A stretch of 64,000 nt of DNA from Vicugna vicugna (taxonomy: Eukaryota), in the NCBI GenBank assembly GCA_013265495.1, contig MU058531.1:2790911-2854910 (forward strand), read 5' to 3'. The notes under the pieces are model-generated. The model did no database searches. It saw only the letters and a list, made by a program, of their open reading frames with translations, and was not told where the DNA came from. Every line of letters starts with the position of its first letter. The first letter of the stretch is position 1. Position numbers and translations under genes: made by a program. This document shows positions 1 through 11,900 of this stretch, piece after piece.

Positions 1-550
1 AGCCAGGCGCTGACTTTGGGTACAGGCTGGGTGGTGTGTGTGTTAGGGGTGAGGGGGACAGGTCATAGCTCTTTCCAGAGTGAGGAGCGCACACAGGGAC
101 ATAAAGCTTGCCTTCTAAGTGCTTGTGACAAGGTCTTCCAAACAGCCAAGCAAGCATGTTGTCTGTGAGGGAAGTGATATTCCAGAGCTATATACACCTC
201 CCGTCTCCAAGCTTGGACCTGTCATGGCAGCAAGTTCTTTGCATGGAGATGACTTTAATTTGCAGTTGACAGCACTCACCTTTGCATGCCCAGTGTCTAT
301 AGATACTTACTGGATCGGTGAATGCATAACCTCTTCTTTGTTTTTGGTGATGACACATCTCTCTGTCCATCTCTGCAGTGGGTTGGCTATGTGGGGGTGA
401 ACGACCCAGGTTCAGGAGTTTGACAAGTGAGAATTTAAATCTCACTTTTTTCATTTAATGCAGGTGACTTTCTCTAAACCTCTCAACTTCACAGATCCTC
501 AACTTCCTCATCTATAAAGTAAGAATAACAATACCTCTTTTACCTCTTTT

Positions 551-813
551 TTAAAAAACTTATTCATTTGTAGGGTTTTTCTATTTGTTTGTTTTGGGTT
601 TTTGTTTTGTTTGGGGGGAGGTAATTAGGCTTATTTATTTTAATGGAGGTACTGGGGATTGAACCCACGACCTCATGCATGCTAAGCATGTGCTCTACCA
701 CTGAGCTATATCACCTCCTCCACCCCCTGGTTATTTTTTGTTTATTTTTTAATGGAGGTACTGGGGTTTGAACCCAGGACCCTGTGCATGCTAAGCATGA
801 GCTATACTCTTCC
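551..813 (-). mobile_element. Tandem (dimeric) tRNA-Ala-derived camelid SINE (vic-1 type) inserted in a MIR
   Basis: Two heads with B box GGTTCAA(T/A)CCC and A-rich tails; 17-bp TSD cctcttttacctctttt at 534-550 and 814-830. Confidence 0.85.
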
Positions 814-946
814 CCTCTTTTACCTCTTTTGACGATTTGGTGACATGCTGCTGTGTTATTCTCAGCATCATGTCTGCCTGCCACTGTCAATAACAGTGGC
901 TATTTTTATTGTCTTCTTAGCACTGGATATGGCAGACACACAAGTT

Positions 947-1010
947 TGCCTGCCTGCCTGCCTGCCTGCCTTTCTTTCTGTCTATCTGTCGATCGATCAA
1001 TCGATCGATC
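947..1010. repeat. Compound tetranucleotide microsatellite (GCCT)n-(TTTC/TCTG)-(GATC)n
   Basis: Directly visible in the sequence. Confidence 0.85.
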
Positions 1011-1150
1011 AGGGGAGGGTATAGCTCGTGGTAGAGCACACGCTTAGCATGCATGAGGTCCTGGGTTCAATCCCCAGTACCTCCTCTAAAAATAAGCAAA
1101 TAAATCTAATTACCTACCCCTTCAACAACAAAAAAGAAAATAAAAAAAAT
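1011..1150 (+). mobile_element. tRNA-Ala-derived SINE (vic-1 type)
   Basis: ggggagggtatagctcgtggtagagcacacgcttagcatgcatgaggtcctgggttcaatcccc followed by an A-rich tail. Confidence 0.88.
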
Positions 1151-2121
1151 TATCTATTTTAAGCTGAATGTCTCTCTTGTCCCACATTCTAGAAAATGCT
1201 ATGAGGCACTCAAGACATATCCCTGTTTCCCACCTCCAGGCCCCACTTAATGCCCACTGGGTTTGGTGCTTCAGTGTGAGAAACCCTGAGGCACCTTCAG
1301 CCTCAGGTGTGTTTGTCCAGACAGGGACAGCCAGGTAGAGGCTTGCCACTAATAGCCCTGGCCTTTTTGGGGTGCTCACTGCCAGCAGGAGACACCCTCT
1401 ACATGGAAATTACTTTAATTTGCAGTTGACAAAAGGCAAATTGCTGGCATTTTTTGCTTGGAGCCTGGAATGTAACCTTGCACGGCTGCCCTAGACATTC
1501 CAGGTGACAGCTTCCATTAGCCCGACCCAGATTTCTAGCTTAAAGGAGGGAGGAAGAAAGACCTTAAGTAATTTTACAGGGGGCAACCCTCCCCCTCCCC
1601 ATTATTGAGTTCTACTAACTTCTATTCCTTCGGATTCCCTCCCACTCTTGGCAGCACACGGAGCAGTGTCAGTGTGACTTCCGATCCTGCTTGTGTTTCT
1701 CTGTGCTTAACCTTCAATTGTGTATTTCCACAGTCTGCAGGCTTGTAATTATTATTTGGGTGGGAGACTCCTCCCCGTGTTGCACCTGTGTTTGGTTTGT
1801 GTGTACGGGCATGAGAGCAGGGCCTTCTCTGCTCCGTCTCTTTGCCCGATGCCTGAGGTGCAGTAGGCTCTCAGTCCTTACTTGTTGAAGGAATGAATGA
1901 GTGAATGAATGAATGAGTGGTTTCCAATTTTTCCCAAGGCCAGAATGTCTTCGTCTGTCTAGTTGTTGACTTCTATAGCATTCCAGAGGAAGGGCATCCT
2001 TTAGATGCGGTGCTGGTTGCCTTCCACTTAAAATATGTTCCAGAGATGCCTGTCTCGGGTGGGGTCCTGGAATGCGGGCTGAATGGAAGGCCTTGTAGAC
2101 TCAGGGAGAACCTGAGGCCAC

Positions 2122-2140
2122 TGCTGCCATCTTGTGGACA
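2122..2140 (-). promoter_or_regulatory. Candidate CTCF site
   Basis: Minus strand reads TGTCCACAAGATGGCAGCA, a close match to the CTCF core; motif evidence only. Confidence 0.6.
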
Positions 2141-2309
2141 GAATTTGAAACAAGGGCGAAGTGACAGCAGTGGCCCTTATACCCTTCCGTCTCTCCCAAA
2201 GAAATCTTGGCTGATTCTGTGATGGAATAATCTCCTTTGCAATGCATTAGGCCATATTTCCAGATCCATGTTTAACCTACTTGTATTCCTCTGTTGAAAT
2301 CATCATCAT

Positions 2310-2530
2310 TATAGCAATAATAATAACAACACATTTATTGAGTTCTAGGCACTGTGCTAATTGCTTTATATTTAAAAAAAATTCTTCTGATGCTTGTGCT
2401 ATTATTATTACCATCTCTACTAGAGAAAGGACATTGAGGCTGCACAACTTGTACCTGGATAGTAAGCGGGAAGGGAGAACCAGAATTTGACCTCAGCCTA
2501 ACAGGCTCTGGGCACCCAACTCTTGGCCAT
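2310..2530 (-). mobile_element. MIR SINE remnant
   Basis: catttattgag...aggcactgtgctaa...attgaggct; degraded MIR core. Confidence 0.6.
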
Positions 2531-3354
2531 AATGCTGCGCTCTTTCCTGCCTTTATTTTTTGGTTCTTCCCTTTCCAACCCTCTATTTTGACAGTGCATC
2601 AGTACCTGTAGTCATATCACATCTTAGTGATTTGTTTATGTGTTTGATTCCCCCAACAAGACACTGAGCCCCGTGGGAGTCGATCAGAGCTGTTGAGAAA
2701 GGGATTTTATGTATCTTTGAACACCAGCTATGCACCAGGACTGTGTCAGATTAAGAGAATATAAAGATCTGTTAAACTGGGGCAAGGCCTTCCTGATGTG
2801 TGCCTGCTGGGGTTTGCAAAGCCATGGGAAAGACGTGGAGTATTCTTCCGGGATATAATTTGGAGTGGAGATGACAGAGGTGGTGAGTGGCAGGAACAAC
2901 CATTTAACTATTTATTTACAACCTTACTTTTATATGAACCGGCCTCTCCAGCACTGCTCGGGTGAATTTTAACCATTATGAAATCCATCCATATGTGCTT
3001 TCCTTTGTTCCTTACTCTGTCGCACTTGCCCAGGTGAGAAGCAGTTCACTTGCAGCTAGGGGGAGAGAAGAGAGAGGGACAACCTCTATCTTTGAGAGAG
3101 ACTGGCAGAGCAGGTGGCCGGGGCATGGGTTTGAAACCATTTCTGCAGAGATGGCATGGCTTCCATCCACGTGCAACTCCGAGCTATGACCCCATCTGCA
3201 TGCCAGGTGCACAGGGACATCACATCCCCAGGGAACAGCAAAGGGCCAGACCTCCCCAGAGAGCACAGCTTTGGTTTTGATCTTTCACCATTTCACTCAT
3301 TATCAGAATTCTGGTGGAAAGGAAAACTACTTGGGCAAGAATTAATGCTATCTT

Positions 3355-5624
3355 TTTTAAAATTATTATTATTGAAGTACAGTCAATTATAATGTGTCAA
3401 TTTCTGGTGTACAGCACAATGTCCCAGTAATGCATATACATATATATATTCATTTTCATATTTTTTCATTAAAGGTTATTACAAGATATTGAACATAGTT
3501 TGCTGTGCTATACAGAAGAAACTTTTTTCAAAATCTATTTTTATATATAGTGGGTAACATTTGTAAATCTCAAACTCCCAGATTTATCCCTTCCCACCCC
3601 CTTTCCCGAGTAACCATAAGATTGTTTACTATGTTTGTTTGTAGAGTCTGTAGAGTCTGTTTGTTTTGTAGATGAGTTCATAGTGTCTTTTTTTTTTTTA
3701 GATTCCACATATGAGTGATATCATATGGTATTTGTCTTTCTCTTTCTTGCTTACTTCACTTAGAATGACAATCTCTGTGTCCATCCATGTTGCTGCAAAT
3801 GGTATTATTGTATTCTTTTTATGGCTGAGTAGTATTTCTTTGTATAAATATACCACTTCTTTATCCAGTCATGTTGGTGGACATTTAGGTTGCTTCCATT
3901 TCTTGGTTATTGTATATAGTGCTGCTATGAACATTGGGGTGCATGTATCTTTTCAAATTAGACTTCCCTCCAGATACATGCCTAGGAGTGGGATTGCTGG
4001 ATCATATGGTAGGTCAGCTTTTTTGAGGAATCTCCATACTATTTTTCATAATGGTTGCACCAAACTACATTCCTAACAGCAGTGTAGGAGGGTTCCCTTT
4101 TCTCCACACCCTCTCCAGCATTTATCGTTCATGGACTTTTGAATGATGGCCATTCTGACTGGTGTGAGGTGATACCGCATTATAGTACATTATAGTTTTG
4201 CATTTCTCCGATAATTAGCGATATTGAGCATTTTTTCATGTGCCTGTTGGCCATTTGTATGTCTTCGTTGATGAATTGCTTGTTTAGGTCCTCTGTCCAT
4301 TTTTGGATTGGGTTGTTTGCTTTTTTGTTACTAAGTTGTATGAGCTGTTTATATATTTTGGAAATTAAGCCTTTGTCAGTCGCATCATTTGCAAATATTT
4401 TCTCCCATTCCGTAGGTTGTCATTTTGCTCTGCTTATGATTTCCTTTGCTGTGCAAAAGCTGATAAGTTTAACTATGTCCCATTTGTTAATTTTTTGCTC
4501 TTATTTCTGTTGCCTGGGTGGACTGCCTAGGAGAACATTGCTGAAATTTATGTCAGAATGTTTTGTCTATGTTTTTTCCTAGGAGATTTATCATGTCTTG
4601 TCTTACATTATTTAAGTCTTTAAGCCATTTTGTATTTATATTTGTGTGTGGTGTGAGGGAGTGTTCTAATAAATTCATTGATTTGCATGCTGCTGTCCAG
4701 TTTTCCCAACACCACTTGCTGAAGAGACTGTCTTTTCTCCATTGTATATTGTTGCCTCCTTTGTCAAAGATTAATTGACCATCGGTATGGGGATTTATTT
4801 CTGGGCTCTCTGTTCTGTTCCATTGATCCATATGTCTGTTTTTGTGCCATCACCATGCTGTTTTGATTACTGTAGCTCTGTAGTATTGACTGAAGTCTGG
4901 GACGGTTATTCCTCCAGCTTTGTTCTTTTTCTTCAATATTGCCTTGGCAATTCTGGGTCTTTTGTGATTCCATATAAATGTTAAGATTGTTTGTTCTAGT
5001 TCTGTAAAATATGTCCTGGGTAATTTGATAGGGATTGCATTAAACCTGTAGATTGCCTTGGGCAGTATGGCCATTTTAACAATATTGATTCTTCCAATCC
5101 AGGAGCTTGGGATATCTTTCTATTTCTTTACGTCATCTTTAATTTCCTTAATCACTGTTTTGTAGTTCTCCATATATAAGTCTTTCACGTCATTGGTCAG
5201 ATTTATTCCTAAGTAATTTATTATTTTGGATGCAATTTTAAAAAGGATTGTTTCTTTGCTTTGTTTTCCTGCTAATTCATTGTTAGTGTAAAGAAATGCA
5301 ACTGATTTGTATATGTTAATCTTGTTTCCTGCTACCTGGTCGAATTCTTTTATCAGCTTTAGTGGGTTTGTATGGAGCTTTTAGGGTTTTCTGTATATAG
5401 TATCATGTCACACGCATATAGTGACAATTTTATCTCTTCTCTTCCAATTTGGATCCCTTTTCTTTCTTTTTCTTACCTGGTTGCTGTGGCTAGGACTTCT
5501 AAGACTATGTTGAATAGAAGTGGTGAGAGTGGGCATCCTTGTCTTGTCCCAGATTTTAGTGGGAAGGCTTTCAGTTTTTCACCATTAAGCACTATGGTGG
5601 CTGTAGGTTTGTCATAAATAGCTT
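3355..5624 (-). mobile_element. 5'-truncated LINE-1 (about 2.3 kb; ORF2 C-terminal part and 3'UTR), frameshifted
   Basis: ORF fragments [17 protein letters not shown] and [14 protein letters not shown]...WCWENW are L1 ORF2; T-rich tail near 3355. Confidence 0.95.
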
Positions 5625-7629
5625 AAAAGCTGTACTCTTCATGAAAGCCGTAACAATAGTCCTTCAAAGGATTGTGCTTTCCTATTGCACTCTGATTTTT
5701 ATTAAAAGTCATTAGAAGAGGTATTTCTGCACTTTACGAGTAACAATAACACCAGCTACCATTCATTGTGGATGTAACAAACGTTAGGAATTGTGCTAAG
5801 ATCCTGGGAGACATTTTATCACCTTGTGGTATAAGAAATAACTTGTTTTTTCCTTTGGACTGAGATGTTTTTATGAAAAAGCTAAAAACAAACGTGATAT
5901 TTTTCTCCTCACCATAGCGTCCTGAACATTCCAAGTCACTTTTTAAACGTAAATAAGAGCTACTGTGTTGACTCTTAGAATTGATGTATTTGTTTCTCTT
6001 CTCTTACCCTTATTTTAACCTCCTGAAAATTTTATTTGATTGCTTAGTTCTGCTTTTCTTTTTTTCTTTCTTTCTTTTTTTTTCTGTGAGTTAACACAAA
6101 GCCCCTTCTTCTTTCTAAAAAGCACATGAAGAAGTTTAAAACTTGGTGAGATTTAAAGATGGACTTAAATCTCAGTTTACTGGTTGGGGACTCTTGTTCA
6201 GGTTATTTAAAGCACATTGAGAGTTCTTTAGCAGAATTTACATTTTCTAAGTGAAAAAAATCCAAGTACGTGCTTGCTCTGAAAGGTGTTGGAGGCTTTT
6301 TCTGCCTCTCCAGACACAGAGGGGAGACTCCTGTCCTCATAGGAGGTCCTCAGAGAAGACTTATGGCAGTCTTATGATTAAGCCCTGACAGCATTACCTT
6401 CTCCCTGCACTACTCTCTGGGGCGTCCAGCAATCAGGGCTTGGGAAAGGCCCCCCATAGGGATGGAGAGTGGCTATGGAATGTCTGTCAGTTCTGGCTTG
6501 AACCCTCTCAGACCCTGCTGGGGTTGGAGGTGGGGGGGTGTGAGCTGGTACATTTCAGCAAAGCAATTGGCCATTTGTCTCAAGGGCCTCAAATATGCTC
6601 CTGCCTTTTGACTCAAGAATTTCCCTCCTAGAGATTTAACTTAAAGAACAAACAAGAAATGCATCCATTCATTCAACAACGGCTGCTCTGTGTCATAGAA
6701 CAGGTGGGGTGAACGCAACTGACCCTGTCCTGCCTCTATACCTTTAGTGGCTTAGTAGATCTAGAGGCCCTGAAATGCAGGCAGAGAGAGATCTTTGTCC
6801 AGGGACATTTAAAGTAGCATTTCTTAAAACAGCAACGAATTGGAAGCAACATATGTCCAGTGATAGGGGACTAGTTCAATATTAGTAGATACATATGATG
6901 GAATTTTAAATGACCGTTAAAATCAGTGTTTTCTCCATGAAGTGGAAAAAGGTTTATGAAATACAAATTTAAGAGGAGCAGGCTATAAAACTGGAGTGCT
7001 GTGAGGGCAAGGCCAGGAAGGTTCTGAGGGTGGGGTCCCAATTTTGTATCTTTAAAAAAAGACTAGAAGGAAGTATTGCAAAATAGTAACAGACGTTATC
7101 TCATAATAGTGAGATTATGAATTTCTTTAATGCTGTTTTTGCATTTTCCAAAGTTCCTTCAATGAATCTTAAAAGCAGTCTTGAGAAAAAGAAAATTACT
7201 AGGAGGTATGTTCAGGCCTTCTATGCTTTAGGTATAAGTAGAGAGCTATTTCCCTGAGTCTTCTGTATGCAACGTTCCTGCTGGGACCCCTCCAGGGCTG
7301 ACAAGAGCCCAAATCCAAAATCTTCACCACACTCACTGCATAAGCCAGTGGGAGCCGGGAGTGGAAACTCATCAAGGACACATGTGGAGCTGGTGTGACT
7401 GGGCAGGCCAGTTGATTTTAGTCTGGAAGCCCTCCTCTCGTTCATTGGAACAAATGTAGGGTAGGATTGATACAGTTGATGGAATGAATGTTACAGTAAA
7501 AATATAGCCCTTTGGGGAGAAAGAGACAGTCATTAAATGATTTAATTTAATTCTTAAGTTTTTGGTCCCCTGGTTTGATTTTGTTACTGTTTCATCTGAC
7601 CTCAGCCATTAGTAGGATCTCAAGGAGTA

Positions 7630-7805
7630 GGGGCAGCAAATAGAGAAGCTCTGGAGCTAGATTGTCCAGGTCTGAATCCTGGCTCCACCTTTAGATTGCT
7701 GTGTGATCTTCAGCCAGTTACTTAACCTCTCTGAATCTTCCTTATGTGTAGAAGAGGAAAAACCTATAACCTACCCAATTGAGTTGTTGTAAAGGTTAAA
7801 TAAAG
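7630..7805 (+). mobile_element. MIR SINE remnant
   Basis: tgaatcctggctccacc...gtgtgatcttcagccagttacttaacctctctga. Confidence 0.7.
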
Positions 7806-8262
7806 GGGGCCCGTGCCCAGGAGCCGAGTGCTGCAGCTTGTCCATGGCTCTCCTTGCCCATTCCCCACCCACCACTGTGCTCTTTTGTACTGCAAGGGGG
7901 CCAGCCTATGAAACTCTGTCCCTTGGGATAGGAGACCAGAGACCGGAGGCAGGAAAAGATAGGGTACTCTCCCTCTCTTGCTCTGCTTTGGGCAATGTTG
8001 CTGGCAGTCCCTGCACTTCTTGGAGGCCCCTGTTACCGCGGGGCAGCCTGCCTCTGCCCGTCTCTGCCTTGGGGAGGTACTCTTTGTAGTTCGTTTCCTC
8101 TACTGAAGTCCCCGATGAGGACTCAATTTCCTGATTAGACCCTGACATTATTCCCACCTTCACTGGACCTGGGGTTTGAATGACCACGATAAACAACTTT
8201 TATACAGCTTGGTTCATAGACCACCTTTGCACTGAGTTAGATTGCATTAAAAAGAAGTTCTT

Positions 8263-8427
8263 ATAAGCCATCAGGTCCCACTGTGTAGCACAGGGAACTG
8301 TATTCAGTACTCTGGAGTAGCCTGTAATGAAAAAGAATACGAAAAGGAGTATTTGTCTGCATAACTGAATCGTTATGCTGTACACCAGAAATTAACACAG
8401 CATTGTAAACTGACCACACTTCAACAA
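8263..8427 (+). mobile_element. Short L1 3'-end insertion with TSD
   Basis: L1 3'UTR motif tagcacagggaac; 14-bp TSD aaaaagaagttctt at 8249-8262 and 8428-8441. Confidence 0.85.
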
Positions 8428-8489
8428 AAAAAGAAGTTCTTTGTGTTTGACCTCAGCATACTGTTCAATGACCCAATCATTTTGGAAGA

Positions 8490-9470
8490 GGAAACAATTT
8501 TTTACAATTATATATTGGATACAATAGAATATCTCTATAGGATGTACATGATATAAAGAACAATGACACAATAAGTGGACATCCCTGTACCCATCATCCA
8601 GTTTAAGGGAAAAAAAATCACCATTGTCTTCATCACCCTGGCCTCATCCCTAAGATCTTCACCCTCCTGAGTCTGTATTCCCTTTGCTGTTACTTGTAGA
8701 TTTCCAGTGTCTCCACCCCTAAACAATATATTAAGTTTAACATGGTTTTTAAAAAATTTTTTTACATTTTTTATTGAGTTATAGTCAGTTTATAATGTTG
8801 TGTTAATTTCCAGTGTAGCGCACAATTCTTCAGTTCTACACAAACATACATATGTTCATTGTCACATTTTTTTCGCTGTGAGCTACCACAAGATCTTGTA
8901 TATATTTCCCTGAGCTGGTTTTAAATTGTATATGAAAGAAATCATACAACAGGTAACCTCCCCCAGCTTGTTCTACCACTCAGCACTGCTTCTAGGGTTT
9001 ATGTGTGTCATTGTCCTATGCAGCTGAGATTCATTCTCTTGCATTGTTTCATGGCATTTTGTTATAAGACAGCACCCCAATGTACTATCCAATTACTGTT
9101 AATGGCCACGAGGTTTCCTCCAGTGTCGTGCTATGTCAGACATTTTGAATCTGTCTTCAAGGTGAACGTGTGTGTGTGCGTGTACGTTTCTCGAGGGTAC
9201 AGACTGAGGAGTGGAGTGCCAGGTCACAGAGCAAGATGGTCACCATTGGCAGATGCCACGTTGTTTTCTGCAGTGGTTTTACCAACTGGCACTCCCACCA
9301 TCTGTGTAACACGTCTCCCGTGAGTGCTTGATGTAAGACTTAAATTTTTTGCCAGTCTAGAGGGCAGGAAAGGATAGTTCATTGTGGCTTTACTGTATCT
9401 TTTCCTCCTTATTAATAAGGTGAGTTTCTTTGCATATTGGCCTTTTAGATCTTTTTTTTCTTGAAAGAAG
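8490..9470 (-). mobile_element. Old L1 (L1ME-like) 3' region with a younger L1 3' fragment (about 8755-8914) nested in it
   Basis: Degraded L1M 3' motifs; the nested fragment is flanked by tggtttt(t)aaa on both sides. Confidence 0.6.
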
Positions 9471-10144
9471 CCTACTTGAGAGCAGCTGATTTGGCGTTGT
9501 GGCTGAATTTGGGGCAGCTGGGGAGGGTGAGGCGGGCCCAGGAGGGAGGGAGGTGTTGACCTGAGGTCCAGGGTGGAGCAGGGCAGGGGCTTGGCTGCGA
9601 TGGTGAAAACAGGCTGAGAGAGCTACCCAGCCTGGGGGCTTCCAGTCGATTCCAGGCCTTGGTTAGGGACCCTCCTCTGGTTACTTTGACAGCAGAACAT
9701 GTCTGCATCTCACACTCAGCATCTTGAGGAGCTGTGCAGGAAATGTTCGAGAAGCGAGGTGGGGCTGGGTAAGGGGGTCTGCGGTGAACCAGCAGGCATG
9801 GGACTCCAGCCAGTTATTGCACTATGATGTGTTAAGAGACCTTACAATTTGTCAAGAAAAGCTCAAAATATTTTTTTCATATGAATTTTTCCAATTTTTA
9901 AACACTGGCAGTTAGTTATAAAAAGGCAGTTTGGGCCAAACAAACCTTGTCTGTCGGCACTGGATTTAGCTCTTCAAAGCTGTCCTTTGAGACCTGTGTT
10001 TTGGTCACATGACAGGATTCACCACCTAGGTCAGTCAGTGAGTGTTACCTGCCTCCTGGGGCCTGGGGCTGGGGTCCCTCAGGAACAGGAGAAAATTGAC
10101 TTTCTGGAGGGGTCTGTCTGATGGGACCTTTCATTCTCTTAGTA

Positions 10145-10720
10145 TTATTTTTTTGGTAAAATATACATAACATAAAACAATTTTTAGGTGTACAGCTCAG
10201 TGGCATTAAGTACATTCACACCATTGCGGTACCATCGCCACTCCCAGAGAATTCTCTTCATCTTGCAGAACGGAAACTCTGCACCCATTTAAATATTTCC
10301 CCTAACCCACCCCCAGCCCCTGCGACCACCATTCTTTACCTCTGTCTCTATGATTTTGGCTACTCTAGGTACCTTGTGTACATGGAACAATATAGTGTTT
10401 GTTCTTTTGTGTCTGGCTTATTTCACTTAACATTATGTCTTCAAGGTTCATCCATGTCATAGCAGGTGTCAGAATTTACTTCCTTTTAAAGGCTGTTTAA
10501 TACTCCATTGTATGTATAAAATACATTTTGTTTATCCATTCATCTGTTGATGGACACTTGTGTTGCTTCCATCTTTTGGTTACTGTGAATAATGCTGCTA
10601 CAAACTTGGGTGTACCAACATCTGTTTGAGTCCCTGCTTTCAGTTGTTTTGGGTACATACCCAGAAGTGGAATTGCTGGATCATATGGCAGTTGTGTGTT
10701 TAATTTTTTGAGGAACTGCC
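10145..10720 (-). mobile_element. L1 (L1MB-like) 3' end
   Basis: tggcattaagtacattcaca, ttcaaggttcatccatgt, cccagaagtggaattgctggatcatatgg. Confidence 0.85.
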
Positions 10721-11889
10721 TTAGCCTTTTTATCTGCTTTCCCTAAGTGGGAATGTGCGGTTAGAACTTGGGGGTGGGAATCAGTCTCATTTTGGATAGC
10801 AGTGATTCACATCCTTTCTGAGTTGACATTTCAGAAGCAGAAGATGTCCGTCACCTTCTGGCCCATATCTGTTTGGCTGTTCTTGTCTAATGAGGAAGAT
10901 GATGGTAGTTAGAATATACTGAGTGCTTACTTCATCCCAAGTGCTGTTCTAAACACTTTTACATTTTCCAAGTCATTTTATCTTTCCAGTCACTCTGTGG
11001 ATGTGATTGTCCCAATTATATAGATGAGGAAACTGAGCCACAGATAAGCAGAACCATAAAACAAGGCGAGGAGAGACAAGGTCATTTAAGTCAGCGCTTG
11101 CTTTCACAAATGCGGGAAGGAAGGCTGGAGAGGAGATGCCCGAAATTGCATTGTGACTGAGCCGGGTGAGCGCACAGGCTTCCAGATGGCTGGAATCCCC
11201 TGGACCCCCACCCTTGCCGCCCCTGAGACAGGATTCCGTCTATTCATTGTGTTTATCCTGTTGACCCAGGTGAAACGTCATCTGAGAGGCTGCCCTGCTG
11301 CGTTGGAATCCAGCTGGATAGTCCTGGTCCTCCTCCTGATAATTGCCGGGGCAGGACTTTGCTGAAATATGACGGGGGGGAGGATTATGGGTTTGGCTCT
11401 AGGATTTTGTGAAAACACATGGAAGTAGCCCATTAATATTAGTCAAAGGACTGAATGGGCCTTTTTAAAAAGTTGAGATAAATTTTGGCAAAATTAGGTT
11501 GCCTTGAGAAGCATTCGATTTACTGTGAGGGAGTTGCTCCAAAAAAAAAAAAAGATGATTTTTCTTTCTTAAGTATATTTAAATAGTAAAAATCTAGAGT
11601 CTGCATCTCCAACAAAGTCGCAGCCCTGAGGTTCCGAGCTTGAACATGCATATGGCGGGGCTGTGTTTTTCATTATGTTCCCTTACTCGTTAGGCTTTGC
11701 AGTTAGTCCGAGTTACACGTTTCTCTTGTGTTTTTCTTGAACTTCATGAACCCTGGCATTTCATTCCAGGGATGTATATCCAAGGGCAAAGCTGTCTTCC
11801 TTTCATCTTCTCTGGGACCCCATTATGTTTAACCTAAGAGAGATTAGGGAGTTGCCATTCAACGCTGAACAAACACCAAACTCAGCTGC

Positions 11890-11900
11890 CAAGATGGCGG
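11890..11900 (+). promoter_or_regulatory. YY1-like motif
   Basis: CAAGATGGCGG in repeat-poor sequence; motif evidence only. Confidence 0.35.

Noticed and set aside
1011..1085. tRNA-Ala(AGC)-like sequences here and at 642-716, 751-813 and 54219-54295
   Set aside because: Acceptor and D stems are mismatched or deleted, all share the same non-tRNA tail, and TSDs flank the 551-813 dimer and the 54217 copy. They are SINE heads, not tRNA genes.
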